A DNA stretch of 64,000 bases from Ignavibacteriota bacterium (GCA_963702445.1 CAVPCZ010000003.1:512254-576253); one strand, 5' to 3'; positions 30,066 to 40,815 are shown, counted from the stretch's first letter. The notes: generated from the sequence alone by a model not told the origin. Translations and numbers: made by a program.

Positions 30066-31469
30066 GCAGTCCTTCCGTGTGCCGTTGAAACCGGAGCCGC
30101 AGTGTCTGCCGTGTGCGGCCGGTGATTTTGAACCGTTCGTCGATCCGGAGCCCGCACAGCCAGATAATTTCTCCGCCGGGGGTGACGAGCACCGGGTGCC
30201 GGTGTTTTTCGCGGAGCGGGATGCCCGCATCCACGAGAAAGTCGCTGATTTTTTTTGTGCCGGCCATGCCCAGCGGGGTGAACCGGTCGCCCGGCTGCCA
30301 CGACCGCAGGACCAGCGGCATTATGCCGGTCCGTTCCGCATCCACCTGTTCCTCATCACCACCGCTCCGGCCTTCACGTTCGCGATGTTCGTTCGATGGT
30401 GAACGAAAACCGTGCATCGCCCACCGCGTACTCTGTTTCCGGCGACACCTGCACGGCGAAGGTTCCCGTGCGTCCGGGTGGCGAGCAGGCAGAGGGTGTC
30501 GCGTTCCCGGATCATTTCCCATCCGTGGCCGAGGTCAATCCGCCGGCCGGGCTGCCGGGAGGCCATTGCCAGAACGGCGTCCACACGTTCAGAACGCAGC
30601 CGCAGGCCGGTTGCGGACTCGGCGACATGCATGACCAGGTACTGCTGGATCGCGGTTGGGAAACTGAGGAGGAGAGGGAGCGACAGATGCACCTCCTCGC
30701 CCGTGCGATGTACGATAACCTGGTCGAGGCCGGTGCGCGCTACCTGCGCAAGATAGGAATCCAGCTCGCGGAACACCTCGGCCGTCCGCAGCAGTGTGCG
30801 GACAACGCCCGGCTGCACCCGTGAACGAGCCACCGGGAGGATGTGGTGCCGTATCACATTCCGTGCACGATCATCTTCGGCGTTGGTTGCATCTTCGCGG
30901 AAGGTGATTTCCTGTTCAGTCGCGTATGCCGCGATCTCATTCCGTGTGGCGAACAGGAGTGGACGGATTATCAGGCCTTCGTTGCGCTGGACCGGGATGC
31001 CTGCCAATCCCCGGACGCCGGCGCCGCGGAACAGATGCAGCAGCATCGTCTCCGCATTATCATCGGCATTATGTCCGGTGGCGATGCGGACGGCCCCTGT
31101 TTCCCGGCGGACCGTTTGCAGGAACTCATAGCGGAGCTCCCGGGCTGTTTCTTCGATGCCTGTCCGTTGTTTCCGCGCCCGTTCCCGCACATCGCCGCGC
31201 CCCGCCCGGAAGTTCAGGCCGAGCTTCCCGGCAAGCGCACCGACGAATTGTTCATCGGCATCGGCTTCCCGGCCCCGCAGTTGATGGTTGAAATGCGCCA
31301 CCACAAGGTCGAGCTGCAAACGCACACGATCGCCGGCAAGCAGGTGCAAAAGAACAACCGAATCCACTCCTCCGCTCACCGCCGCGACCACACGGTCGCC
31401 TGTCCGGAGCAACGCATGCTCCTGTACAAACGCCCGGAATCGGGACGGGAAAAACGTCGACTCAGACAT
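30043..31469 (-). CDS. tilS: tRNA(Ile)-lysidine synthetase TilS; about 2 frameshifts in the C-terminal half
   Basis: PP-loop SGGVDS in ORF 30321..31469. A middle frame reads ..GTFAVQVSPETEYAVGDARFSFTIE.. and the C-terminal domain lies in ORF 30043..30522 (..EEQVDAERTGIMPLVLRSWQPGDRFTPLGMAGTKKISDFLVD..). Switches lie near 30460 and 30385. Confidence 0.9.
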
Positions 31470-31477
31470 GTTGTCAG

Positions 31478-31551
31478 TAGCGGGAGAGGGATTCGAACCC
31501 CCGACACGTGGATTATGATTCCACTGCTCTGACCTACTGAGCTATCCCGCC
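31478..31551 (-). tRNA. tRNA with CAU anticodon (elongator Met or lysidine-modified Ile2; not initiator-like)
   Basis: Hand-folded cloverleaf: acceptor GGCGGGA/TCCCGCT (G1-U72 wobble), D arm GCTC/GAGC, anticodon stem GTGGA/TCCAC with loop ATCATAA, T arm GGGGG-TTCGAAT-CCCTC, discriminator A. CCA is not encoded. The 3' end lies 8 nt upstream of the tilS ATG. Confidence 0.85.
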
Positions 31552-31565
31552 GAAAATGACCTATG

Positions 31566-31594
31566 AATATACGCGATATCCGACTCAAGAGCAA
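31566..31594 (-). promoter_or_regulatory. putative promoter TTGCTC-17-TATATT (minus strand) for the tRNA-tilS-hpt-ftsH operon
   Basis: On the minus strand the -35 is at 31594-31589 and the -10 at 31571-31566, 14 nt before the tRNA 5' end. Confidence 0.45.
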
Positions 31595-31600
31595 GAATCG

Positions 31601-31629
31601 TTGAAGTTGACCTCCGGAGTGGATATCTT
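31601..31629 (+). promoter_or_regulatory. putative promoter TTGAAG-17-TATCTT for hpnC (near-leaderless)
   Basis: -10 ends 7 nt before ATG 31637; 17-bp spacer. Confidence 0.35.
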
Positions 31630-31636
31630 GTCGATC

Positions 31637-32511
31637 ATGCAACAACGCTCACGGCAGGAAATCGACCGGGCATTCGCCTACTGCAAGGCCCTGGCACGGT
31701 CGCACTACGAGAACTTTCCTGTGGCTTCTCTCGTGATTCCGCGTGAGATGCGCCCCTATGTTGCGGCTATTTACGCTTTTGCGCGGACAGCCGACGATTT
31801 CGCTGATGAAGGAGATGTTCCCGCTCACGAGCGGCTCCGGCGACTTGATGAATGGGGGGAGAAGCTCGGGAGGTGTTATCGGGGCGATGCGACGGAACCG
31901 GTATTTGTGGCTCTCGGAGAAACCGCCGCGCGCACCGGTCTTCCCCGCGAGCCGCTGGATGCGCTCCTCCACGCGTTCCGCATGGACGTTACAGCGCAAC
32001 GATTTAGCCGGTTTGAGGATCTTTTGTTCTACTGCCGTCATTCCGCCAATCCCATCGGCTTTCTTCTGCTTCATCTTTTCGGGGAGGTCACCGAGCGGAC
32101 CGTTCCTCTGTCCGATTCCATCTGTACGGGGCTGCAGCTGGCCAATTTCTGGCAGGATCTATCGGTGGACCGGGCCAAACGGCCGGCTGTATGTGCCGCT
32201 TGAAGATCTTGGCCGATTTGGTTATACTGAGGACGAGCTGGCCCGGGGCGTTCTGGATGAGCGTTTTCGGCGAATGCTGGCGTTTGAGGTGGGACGCGCC
32301 AGGGAGTATCTGCTCGACGGTGTTCCGTTGCTGAACCTTGTTTCCTCCGCCCGCCTCCGGTTCGAGCTCTCTCTTACGGTGCGCGGCGGGCTGGCAATCC
32401 TGGAAGCGGTCCGCGCAATCAGGCTATGACGTCCTCCACCGGCGTCCATCACTCTCGGCAATGGACAAGGCAGACATCCTCTTCCGGACGCTTCTCCGGC
32501 GAGCACCATGA
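31637..32511 (+). CDS. hpnC: hydroxysqualene synthase HpnC (squalene/phytoene synthase family); 2 frameshifts
   Basis: ..SHYENFPVAS.., first Asp-rich motif ARTADDFADE. Frames join at about 32179 (..DLSVDRAK / GRLYVPLEDLGRFGY..) and about 32423 (..EAVRAIR. / YDVLHRRPSLSAMDKADILFRTLLRRAP*). TGA 32509-32511 overlaps the hpnD ATG. Confidence 0.85.
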
Positions 32512-33399
32512 ACGCAACGGCAACCGCCATAACGCGAAGCAGCAACACCAGCTTCTACTACTCGTTCTCGCTTCTGCCCAAACAGAAACGCGAGGCGATC
32601 CACACCGTGTATGCGTTCTGCCGGACCACCGACGATATTGTGGACGAAGACCGTGACGAACGGCACAAAGGGGTTCTCCTGCGCAAGTGGCGCATGGAGC
32701 TGAACCGCAGCCTGCGGGGGAAGTCGACGTTTCCCCTTCTGAACCAGCTGAGTTCAACCGCACAGCGTTTCAACATCCCGGTCGAGCATTTCTACGAGTT
32801 GATCCGGGGGATGGAAATGGATCTGCGGACGACGCGCTACCGGACCTTTGACGAGCTGCGGGAGTACTGCTATCTGGTGGCGTCGTCGGTCGGGCTGATG
32901 TGCAGGAAGATCTTCGGCTACAGGAACGAATCCACACGCGACTACGCGATCTACCTCGGGAATTGCGCTTCAGCTGACGAATATTCTCCGCGACATCAAA
33001 GACGATGCGAAGCGCGGGCGCATTTACATTCCGCTGGAAGACCTGGAGCGGTTCGGGTATTCCGAGGACGATCTCCTGCACAACCGCTACACCCCCCAGT
33101 TCGTGGAGTTGATGCGATTTGAGTGCAGGCGGGCAAGCGAGTATTTTGATCTGGCGCGCGCCGCATTGCTGGATGAAGACAAGCGGTTTTTCTTCGCCGC
33201 GCGGATCATGTGGTCGATTTACGCGCACACGCTCAACCGGATCACGAAAGCCGATTACAACGTGTTCGAGCGGCGTATTTCCATCTCGAAATTCCTCAAA
33301 GTGCTCATCGCCTTCCGGTACTGGCTGAGCCATCGCCTGAAGTACTCCTGGATGAACCGCAGCCCGTTGTGGACAGAGTCGACCCACACCGGCCGGTAG
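32508..33399 (+). CDS. hpnD: presqualene diphosphate synthase HpnD; one frameshift
   Basis: ..SSNTSFYYSFSLLP.., CRTTDDIVDE. Joins ORF 33103..33399 at about 32960 (..YAIYLG / IALQLTNILRDIKDDAKRGRIYIPLEDL..). Confidence 0.85.
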
Positions 33400-34689
33400 T
33401 CATCGTCGGCGGCGGGCTGAGCGGTCTGGCTGCTGCGGTTGACCTGGTCGCCGCCGGGGTTCCCGTTCTGCTCCTCGAACAAAGGCCCGCAGCCGGCGGG
33501 CGCGTCTGCTCCTATACCGACACCACAACCGGCGACACCATTGACAACGGTCAGCATCTGCTGATCGCCGGATACACACGGACCTTCGCCTATCTCGACC
33601 GTATCGGTGCGCGGCATCTTACGGTCACCCAGCCGCGCCCGGTCCTGCCGTTCCATCATCCCGATCGGGGGTTTGTGGAGTTCAGACTCCCGGCCCTTCC
33701 CGCACCGCTGCATCTGCTCTGGGGCATCACGACCACGTCGTTGCTGAGTCTGCCGGACCGCATACGGCTCCTGCGTGCGGGCAGAGCCCTGCGCCGGTGT
33801 CGAAACGGTATCGGGGCACACCATCAAGCGCTGGCTGGATGACCGGCATCAATCAGCCGAGGCGCGACGGTGCTTCTGGGAGCCGCTGGCGGTGGCAATC
33901 ATGAATGAGCAGATGGATCGTGCTCCGGCCTCCCTGTTTCTCCGGACACATTCGCAGTGCGTTTCTTGATCACTGGAGCAGTTCGGCGCTCGTGTTTCCA
34001 CGGGCCGGACTGAGCAGCGTGTTCGTTGATCCTGCGTGCGCGTTCATTGAACGGCATGGCGGGATGGTGCGCTGTGCCGCTGACGTCGTGTCCCTGCAGG
34101 CCGGCGGCGGAGCCGTGAGCGGCGTGATACTGAAAGGGGGCGAACAGCGTTTCCTGCGGCGCGGTTATTCTCGCCGTGCCCCCCGGCACGGATGGCTGAT
34201 CTCTGGCCGGTCGAACATTCCCCTCTCCCGTGAACATCGACGCGATGGCTCCGGCGGCGGGTTCACCGATTATCTCCATCCACCTCTGGTTCGAGCACCC
34301 GTTCATGGACCGGGATGTGCTCGGTTTGATCGGCCGGCGCGTACACTGGATCTTCCGGAGAGAGCGTCATCATCTCTGCAACGATCAGCGCCGCATATGC
34401 TCTGGTTGGGTTTGAGCAACGAGGAGCTCGTGAACATTACGGTGGAAGATCTCCGCACGGTATTTGGCGGGAGCGGTCGGGACTGCCTGTGCATGCGGTG
34501 GTTCTCCGTGAGAAACGGGCCACGTTTTCCGCCACGCCGGAGAACGAAGGACGCCGTCCGGGCCCGGTCACGGCGGCGAAAAATCTCCTCCTTGCCGGAG
34601 ACTGGACGGATACGGGTCTTCCGGCGACGATCGAAGGAGCGATTCAGAGCGGTCAAACGTGCGCCCGGCTGATTTTGGGCGGGCGGTGA
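33369..34689 (+). pseudogene. hpnE: hydroxysqualene dehydroxylase HpnE (FAD amine-oxidase family), 8 frame switches as sequenced
   Basis: FAD fold VVIVGGGLSGLAAAVDL..LLEQRPAAGGR. A coherent protein needs switches near 33798, 33946, 34155, 34181 (C6 run), 34226, 34360, 34408 and 34475, ending ..LLLAGDWTDTGLPATIEGAIQSGQTCARLILGGR* (TGA 34687-34689). The start is uncertain (GTG 33369 or ATG 33352). Confidence 0.8.
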
Positions 34690-34718
34690 TTGCATTTTAT
34701 TGGGAAATTGGCAATATT
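34690..34718 (+). promoter_or_regulatory. putative promoter TTGCAT-17-AATATT for the response-regulator gene (near-leaderless)
   Basis: -35 at 34690-34695 and -10 at 34713-34718, 5 nt before ATG 34724. Confidence 0.4.
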
Positions 34719-34723
34719 TGCAT

Positions 34724-35122
34724 ATGAACGATCGAAACAAAACCGTGACGGTGAAAGACAAGCTGGTCCTGCTGGTGGATGACGAGCCCGCCGTCCTGAG
34801 TGCCACACGTGCAGGGCTTCTGGACCGGGGCTTCAGGGTGGAGGCCGTCGGGTGTGCGGAGGATGCCATCAAGGCGATCCAGAAGCTGAAACCGAACATC
34901 GTCGTGTCCGACCTGGTGATGCCGGAAACGAACGGTTTCGAATTGTTTGAGGCGGTAAAAAAACAGAAAGAGTTCACCAAGCTTCCGTTTGTGTTCCTGA
35001 CCGCCGTGGATGATTACTACGCCAAGAAGTTCGGGAGGGAAATCGGTGGGGCGGCGTACGTGACGAAGCCGGTGGACATGGACGAACTGGAGAGGATCAT
35101 CAAGGATAAGATCGGCGATTAG
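34724..35122 (+). CDS. single-domain response regulator (CheY-like receiver)
   Basis: ..LLVDDEP.., phospho-acceptor ..IVVSDLVMPETNG.., ..FLTA.., ..YVTKP... No output domain. Confidence 0.9.
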   Translation: MNDRNKTVTVKDKLVLLVDDEPAVLSATRAGLLDRGFRVEAVGCAEDAIKAIQKLKPNIVVSDLVMPETNGFELFEAVKKQKEFTKLPFVFLTAVDDYYAKKFGREIGGAAYVTKPVDMDELERIIKDKIGD

Positions 35123-35183
35123 CTCTCACCTTCCACCTGTGTTGTCTGCCCGATCCGCCTTCCGGCGCACCCTTGTACTTCCG

Positions 35184-36326
35184 ATGCATCAACCACGAGA
35201 ACGCGTACATTCCCTCGACTTCATGCGCGGCGTTGCCGTCGTGGTCATGGTCCTGGGCCACAGCATCGATGCGGTGCTGGGCCCGGATGCCCGCGCCACG
35301 GAAGTCTTCCGCATCTACGATGCCCTTCGCGGTTTCACCGCGCCGCTGTTTCTGTTTATCTCCGGCTATGCGTTTGCCGTCGTGACCGGACCGCGGTGGG
35401 GGGAATTTGCCGCCTTTGCCGCTCCCGCCCGGAAGCGGATGGGGAAAATGGCCGGACTGCTCGTTCTGGGGTACGCCCTGCATTTTCCCTTCTTCTCCCT
35501 GAACAAACTCCTGTACAATACCCGGCCCGAAGAGTACGCGATGATGTTCCAGGTGGATATCCTGCACTGTCTGGCGGTGAGCATCATCATGCTGCAGTTG
35601 CTCGTTGTCATCACACGAACCCGCGAACGGTTTCTCCCGGTGACCGCCGCGGCCGGCGCGGCCATTGTCCTGGTGTCGCCGCTTATCTGGCTTCTTGACC
35701 TCCGGGGCATGCTTCCGGCGGTCATCGCTCCGTACCTGAGCCAGCAGCAACCGTCGCTGTTTCCTCTTTTCCCATTCTCGGCATATCTCTTTGCGGGCGC
35801 CGTGACCGGGCTCCTGTACGTGAAGGCCCGATCCGCCGGAAGAGAATCCGCATTCTTCCGCCGGGTCGCCCATGTCTCCGCGGTGGCGGTCGCGACCGGT
35901 CTCGTGTGTGACCTTCTCCCGCTGCGTGTGTACCCCGTACATGATTTCTGGAAGACCGGTCCGGATTTCTTCGCCATCCGGCTTGGAGCGATCCTGCTCA
36001 TGACGACGGGGTTCTTTGCCCTGCGCCGGCTTCCGCCGGCGGTCGGAAAACACCTCGTGGTATTGGGCAAAGCCTCGCTCCTTGTCTACGCCGTGCACCT
36101 TGTCCTCGTCTATGGATCGGCAGCAAACGACGGCCTGATGCAGATTATCGGCCAGCGGCTGGATCCCTTCTCCGCCCTCTGTGTTGCAGCGGGTGTGCTC
36201 CTGCTGATGCTCACTTCGGTTCACGCATGGAATGCCGTGCGGGAACGGCACGATCCGCACTGGCGGGTGCTGCAGGCGGGATTTACCAGTACGCTCCTGT
36301 ATTTCTTCCTGACCAGACCCTATTAG
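35184..36326 (+). CDS. DUF1624 / HGSNAT-like acyltransferase-family membrane protein (paralog 1)
   Basis: Start at MHQPRERVHSLDFMRGVAVVVMVLGHS. About 10 TM helices. Motifs shared with paralog 2: GYALHFPFF, FQVDILHCLAV, SLFPLFPFSAYLFAGA, SLLVYAVHLVLVYG. Confidence 0.75.
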   Translation: MHQPRERVHSLDFMRGVAVVVMVLGHSIDAVLGPDARATEVFRIYDALRGFTAPLFLFISGYAFAVVTGPRWGEFAAFAAPARKRMGKMAGLLVLGYALHFPFFSLNKLLYNTRPEEYAMMFQVDILHCLAVSIIMLQLLVVITRTRERFLPVTAAAGAAIVLVSPLIWLLDLRGMLPAVIAPYLSQQQPSLFPLFPFSAYLFAGAVTGLLYVKARSAGRESAFFRRVAHVSAVAVATGLVCDLLPLRVYPVHDFWKTGPDFFAIRLGAILLMTTGFFALRRLPPAVGKHLVVLGKASLLVYAVHLVLVYGSAANDGLMQIIGQRLDPFSALCVAAGVLLLMLTSVHAWNAVRERHDPHWRVLQAGFTSTLLYFFLTRPY

Positions 36327-36380
36327 CGGCCCGGTCCAACACAACGGCACTGCGCGCAGTACCGCAGAGTAAGGCCCCCC

Positions 36381-37545
36381 ATGACCCCCTCCAAACGTCT
36401 TGCCTTCATTGATCTCCTCCGGGGCTGGGCGGTGATCGTGATGATCGAGACCCACGTCTTCAACGCGACCATTCTCCAAGCGATCTCGGCCAGTGCTCCC
36501 TTTGATGTGCTCACGTTCATCAACGGACTCGTCGCCCCGTCGTTCCTGTTTGCCTCGGGGATGGCATATGCGGTCACCACCCGCCGGAAACTGCCTTCCT
36601 ATCTCCATTTCGGTCGCCCCCCTCTTCAAACAGCTCGGACGCCTGCTCTTTATCCTGGCAATCGGCTATGCACTTCACCTGCCCAAGTTCAACCTCGGCC
36701 AGCTCCTGGCGGGGGTGAGCGAAGAGCAGTGGCTGGTCTTTTTCCAGGCCGATGTCCTTCAATGTATTGCTGTCTGCCTTCTCTTCCTTCAGATCCTGCT
36801 GCTGATTCTGCGCACCGAGCGGCGGTTGTATCTGGCGACCGGGGTGATCTCGGTGATCGTTCTGCTGGTGACGCCTTTGATGTGGGGGATGGATTTCCTT
36901 CCGGTGTTCCCGGCGCCTTTTGCGGCATACATGAACGGACTGCACTTCTCGCTGTTTCCCCTTTTCCCCTGGTCCGTCTTCCTGTTCACCGGAGCGATTG
37001 CGGGATATCTCTTTTCGGAGGCGCGCGAAGGCGTCCTCTCTCCCGCTTCTCCGCAGGCCGCCGGCGTTCTCACCAAACGTTTTGCGGGGGCGGGTGTCGG
37101 ATTGCTGGCCCTTTCCCTGGTGCTGATGCCGCTCGCATGGCTTTATCCCACATACGACTACTGGCGGTTCAGCCCCGGTTTTGTTCTGCTCCGGCTGGGG
37201 ATTGTGCTCTTCCTGTGCGCCCTGATGTTCTGGTACGAACAGCGCCACGGTGTCGGCCCGCGATCTCCCGTCGCGCTCATGGGCCGGGAATCGCTGCTGG
37301 TCTACGCCGCGCACCTGCTGTTGATCTACGGCAACTTCGGGGCATTCAATTTCCGCACCTGGGCCGGCCAGACGTTCGGGTACGCGGAGGCGGCGCTGTG
37401 GACGGTTCTTCTTCTGCTGCTGATGCTGGTGCTGGCGTACGGGTGGGACCGGGTCCGCCGCGCCGACCCGCGGGTGAAACGATGGATTCAGCTGGCGGTC
37501 CTCGTGGTGTTTGTGGGCGTCTTCCTGTTCGGGCCGGGGCAGTAG
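36381..37545 (+). CDS. DUF1624 / HGSNAT-like membrane protein (paralog 2); one frameshift
   Basis: MTPSKRLAFIDLLRGWAVIVMIETH.. joins ORF 36493..37545 at the C6 run 36616-36621 (..SYLHFG. / PLFKQLGRLLFILAIGYALHLPKF..). Confidence 0.75.
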
Positions 37546-37589
37546 GGGAAAGAGAGAAGCACGAAACACGAAATGAAAGGAACGACACC

Positions 37590-39423
37590 ATGTCTCGAGC
37601 AGGTGTGCTTGGCGTCTGCACCATCCTCCTTGCGGCTTCCATGATGGCACAGCCGTCTCCGCTCAAGCGTTCCCTGGACGGTGAGTGGCGGTTCCGCGCG
37701 GACACCGCGAAGGCCGGCATAGACCATCGCTGGTACGTCCAGGCGCTCGATCGCTCATCCTGGGAAACGGTTGCCACTCCCGATTTCTGGGAAGCCTATC
37801 CGGGCATGGCGAAATACGACGGCTGGGGATGGTTCATGCGGACGTTCCAGGTGGAAAGCGTCGCCCAGCCGCTCAGCATCCACTTTGCGGGTGTGGATGA
37901 TGAAGCGGTCGTCTGGGTCAACGGCATGGAGGTTGGCTCGCACACCGGATACAGCGACCCCTTCGCTGTTGATGTCACCGGCGCCGTCAACAAAGGAGAG
38001 AACAGCATCGTTGTTCTCGTTAAGGACAACAGCGGCGGCGGCGGCATCTACCGTCCGGTCACACTCATAGCCACAGCGCAGCTCGAGACGTTGTTGCGGG
38101 GCCCGTATTCCGCCCTGCCCGCCAGGGAAAGCGCGGACTGGGTGAAAGACGGAGCCATCTATTCGGTCTATCTCCGGTCGTTTTCCCAAGAGGGGACCTT
38201 CGCCGGGCTCGAACAGCGGCTGCCCGAGTTGAAGCGCCTGGGGGTCACGACACTCTGGCTGATGCCGATCCATCCGGTCGGGGTGAAGCACCGGAAGGGG
38301 ACACTCGGGTCTCCGTATGCGGTGCAGGACTACTACGGCATCAATCCGGAGTTCGGCACGCTCGAGGATTTTCGCCGGCTGGTGCAGGCGGTGCACGCCC
38401 AGGGTTTGAAGGTCATCATCGACCTGGTGGCGAATCACACGTCGTGGGACAGCAAGCTGATCGCGGAACATCCGGAGTGGTTCACCAGGAATGCCAAAGG
38501 GGAGATTATTGCGCCGAACGAAGACTGGACAGATGTGGCGGATCTGGACTACCGCCACGAGGGTTTGCGCCGCTACATGACCGACATGATGACCTGGTGG
38601 GTGCGCGACGTCGGGATCGACGGCTTCCGGTGCGATGTGGCGGAGATGGTGCCGACCGACTTCTGGGAGTCGGCCCGTGCGGAGCTGGACGCGATCAGGC
38701 CGGTGATGATGCTGTCCGAGGGTTCCCTCCCGGAGCATCACGTGAAGGCCTTTGACGTAACGTATTCGTGGAATATCTACGATGTGCTGGAACCGCTCCT
38801 TTCGGGAAAGCGGCCGGTGGCGTTGATCGACCAGATTCTGAGGACCGAAGAGATGCAGTTTCCCCGGGGTTCGCTCCGGATGCGGTTCACGACCAATCAC
38901 GACAAGAACGCATGGGATGCGCCGGCGCTGAAGAAATTCGGCCCGGAGGGTCTGCGGCTGGCCACGGTGCTCGTCAACACGCTTCCCGGCGTTCCTCTGA
39001 TCTACACCGGTGAGGAAGTGGCGAACAACAGGATGCTGGATTTGTTCGAAAAGGTGGAAGTCGATTGGACCCGCCCGCGCGAGATGGGGGACATCTACCG
39101 CACGCTCTTTGAACTGCGCACGCTGAACAGTCGCGCTCTCCCGGGGAGATTTGTTGCGCGTGACGGGAACGGCGGCGAACGATGTCTATGCTTTTCTGCG
39201 GACGGCGGGCAAACAGCGCGTATTTGTCGTGCTGAACTTCTCCGCAGAGCCGCGGCGGGCGAAGCTGCAGATGCCGGCGATGGAGGGGGCGGTGAAAGGC
39301 GGGAAGGTCAACTACCGGGAGGTGTTCAGCGGGAGGACCTGGATGGTCTCTTCGGCGGGAGGAGAAGTGATGCTGACGGTGGAAGGGAAAGGGTACCGCG
39401 TGTTCACCGCAGTGCTGGACTGA
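37590..39423 (+). CDS. secreted GH13 alpha-amylase-family enzyme with N-terminal GH2-type sugar-binding beta-sandwich; one frameshift
   Basis: ATG 37590 lies inside the composite ORF 36381..39449, with a signal peptide. The N-domain reads ..GWGWFMRTFQV..IHFAGVDDEAVVWVNGMEVGSHTGYSDPFAVDVT... GH13 regions present: DLVANHTS, IDGFRCDVAEM, MMLSEGS, FTTNHD. Joins ORF 39151..39423 at the G4 run 39143-39146. Confidence 0.85.
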
Positions 39424-39494
39424 ATATCGTTCCTTTTGACCGTTTTTGAGCCGCTGCTTGATTTCCCTCCTCCTTTGGTGTACCTTTTTACTCT

Positions 39495-40815
39495 ATGGAA
39501 ATCCTCACCGCGTTTGCAAAGATCGCCGGCGTCCTCGGATTGGTGTTTCTGAACGGGTTCTTTGTTGCCGCCGAGTTCGCCATCGTCAAAGTACGTTCGA
39601 CGCAGATCGAGCCCCTGGTCCGGTCCGGCTCACGACGTGCGCGCATTGCACAGAACGTTCTCGGACACTTGAATGCCTATCTTTCTGCGTGCCAGCTGGG
39701 TATCACGATGACCAGCCTCGGGCTCGGATGGGCGGGTGAACCGTTTGTGGCCGATATGATTACCCCCCTGTTTGAGGCTTTCGGCGGTTTCACGCCGGCC
39801 ATCATTCATACCATCTCCTTCACCTTCGCCTTCACGGTTATTACCTATCTTCACATCGTCCTGGGCGAACTGGCGCCGAAATGGCTGGCGATCCAGTATG
39901 CACAGGAAACCACGCTGGCCATTGCCCGGCCGTTGGATCTCTTTTTCAGGATCTTCCGCCCGTTCATCTGGTTCCTCAATGCCAACGCCAACACATTCCT
40001 GCGTTTACTCGGCATAGAGCCGGTCGGAGAGGAAGAAATCACCCACTCCGAAGAGGAGCTCCGGTTGATCCTCGGCAAAGGGTCGGCCACAGACGAGCAC
40101 CGGCAAGAAGATTTCCCTGCGGGCGCTCGAGTTGCGCGACCGGACCGTCCGGGAGGTGATGGTGCCCCGGACCGCCCTCGTTGTCCTTTACACCGGCAAG
40201 CCGATCGAAGAGAATATTGCCGTTGCGCTGGACAACCAGTTCACCCGGTATCCCCTGTGCGAGCGCAACCTGGACAACGTGGTGGGGATGATCCACCTGA
40301 AAGACCTTTTCAAGTTGAAGGGGGAAACGGGACCGGGCACGCGCCTGCTGGAGATCAAACGCGAAATGCTGTTTGTGCCGGAGACGATGTCGCTGGAGCG
40401 GGCCCTGACGATGTTTCTTGCGAAGCGCGTCCTGATGGCCATTGCGGTGGATGAATACGGCGGGACGGCGGGACTGGTGACGCTGGAGAATGTTCTTGAA
40501 GAGCTTGTCGGGGAAATCCGCGACGAGTTCGACATTGAACCGGTCACCGTGCAGAAAGTCAGTGAAACAGAGTTCCTCGTGGACGGGTCGATGCCGCTGC
40601 TGGATTTTTCCAGGAAGTTCGACGTGATCCCCGATTCGAAGGATATGGTGACGGTGAGCGGGTACGTGATCCATTTGCTCGGGCAGGTACCGGAACGGGG
40701 TGCGCTCTTGCGCATCGGTGCATGGCAGGGCACGGTGGAGGCGGTGGACGGCATCAAAGTGAAGACACTCCGCATCAGGCGCCAGGATGAACCGGAGGAG
40801 GAGGAAGAGCAATGA
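39495..40815 (+). CDS. CNNM/HlyC-CorC family transporter (DUF21 TM domain, CBS pair, CorC_HlyC); one frameshift
   Basis: ..FFVAAEFAIVKVR.., ..LGELAPKWLA... Joins ORF 40132..40815 near 40100 (..GKKISLRALELRDRTVREVMVPRT..). The C-terminus reads ..GTAGLVTLENVLEELVGEIRDEFD... Confidence 0.85.

Noticed and set aside
34701-34722. TGGCA...TTGCA resembling a sigma-54 promoter upstream of the response-regulator gene
   Set aside because: The GG and GC dinucleotides are only 8 nt apart rather than 10, and the region is better explained by a TTGCAT-17-AATATT sigma-70-type promoter.
36381-39449. 1022-aa ORF that looks like a giant fusion protein
   Set aside because: Only its first ~75 aa (DUF1624 paralog 2) and the part from ATG 37590 (amylase) read as real protein. 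The middle is an out-of-frame, Arg/Pro/Gly-rich read-through of the DUF1624 gene, whose true frame is ORF 36493..37545. It is an open-frame artefact of high GC plus an indel at the C6 run 36616-36621.
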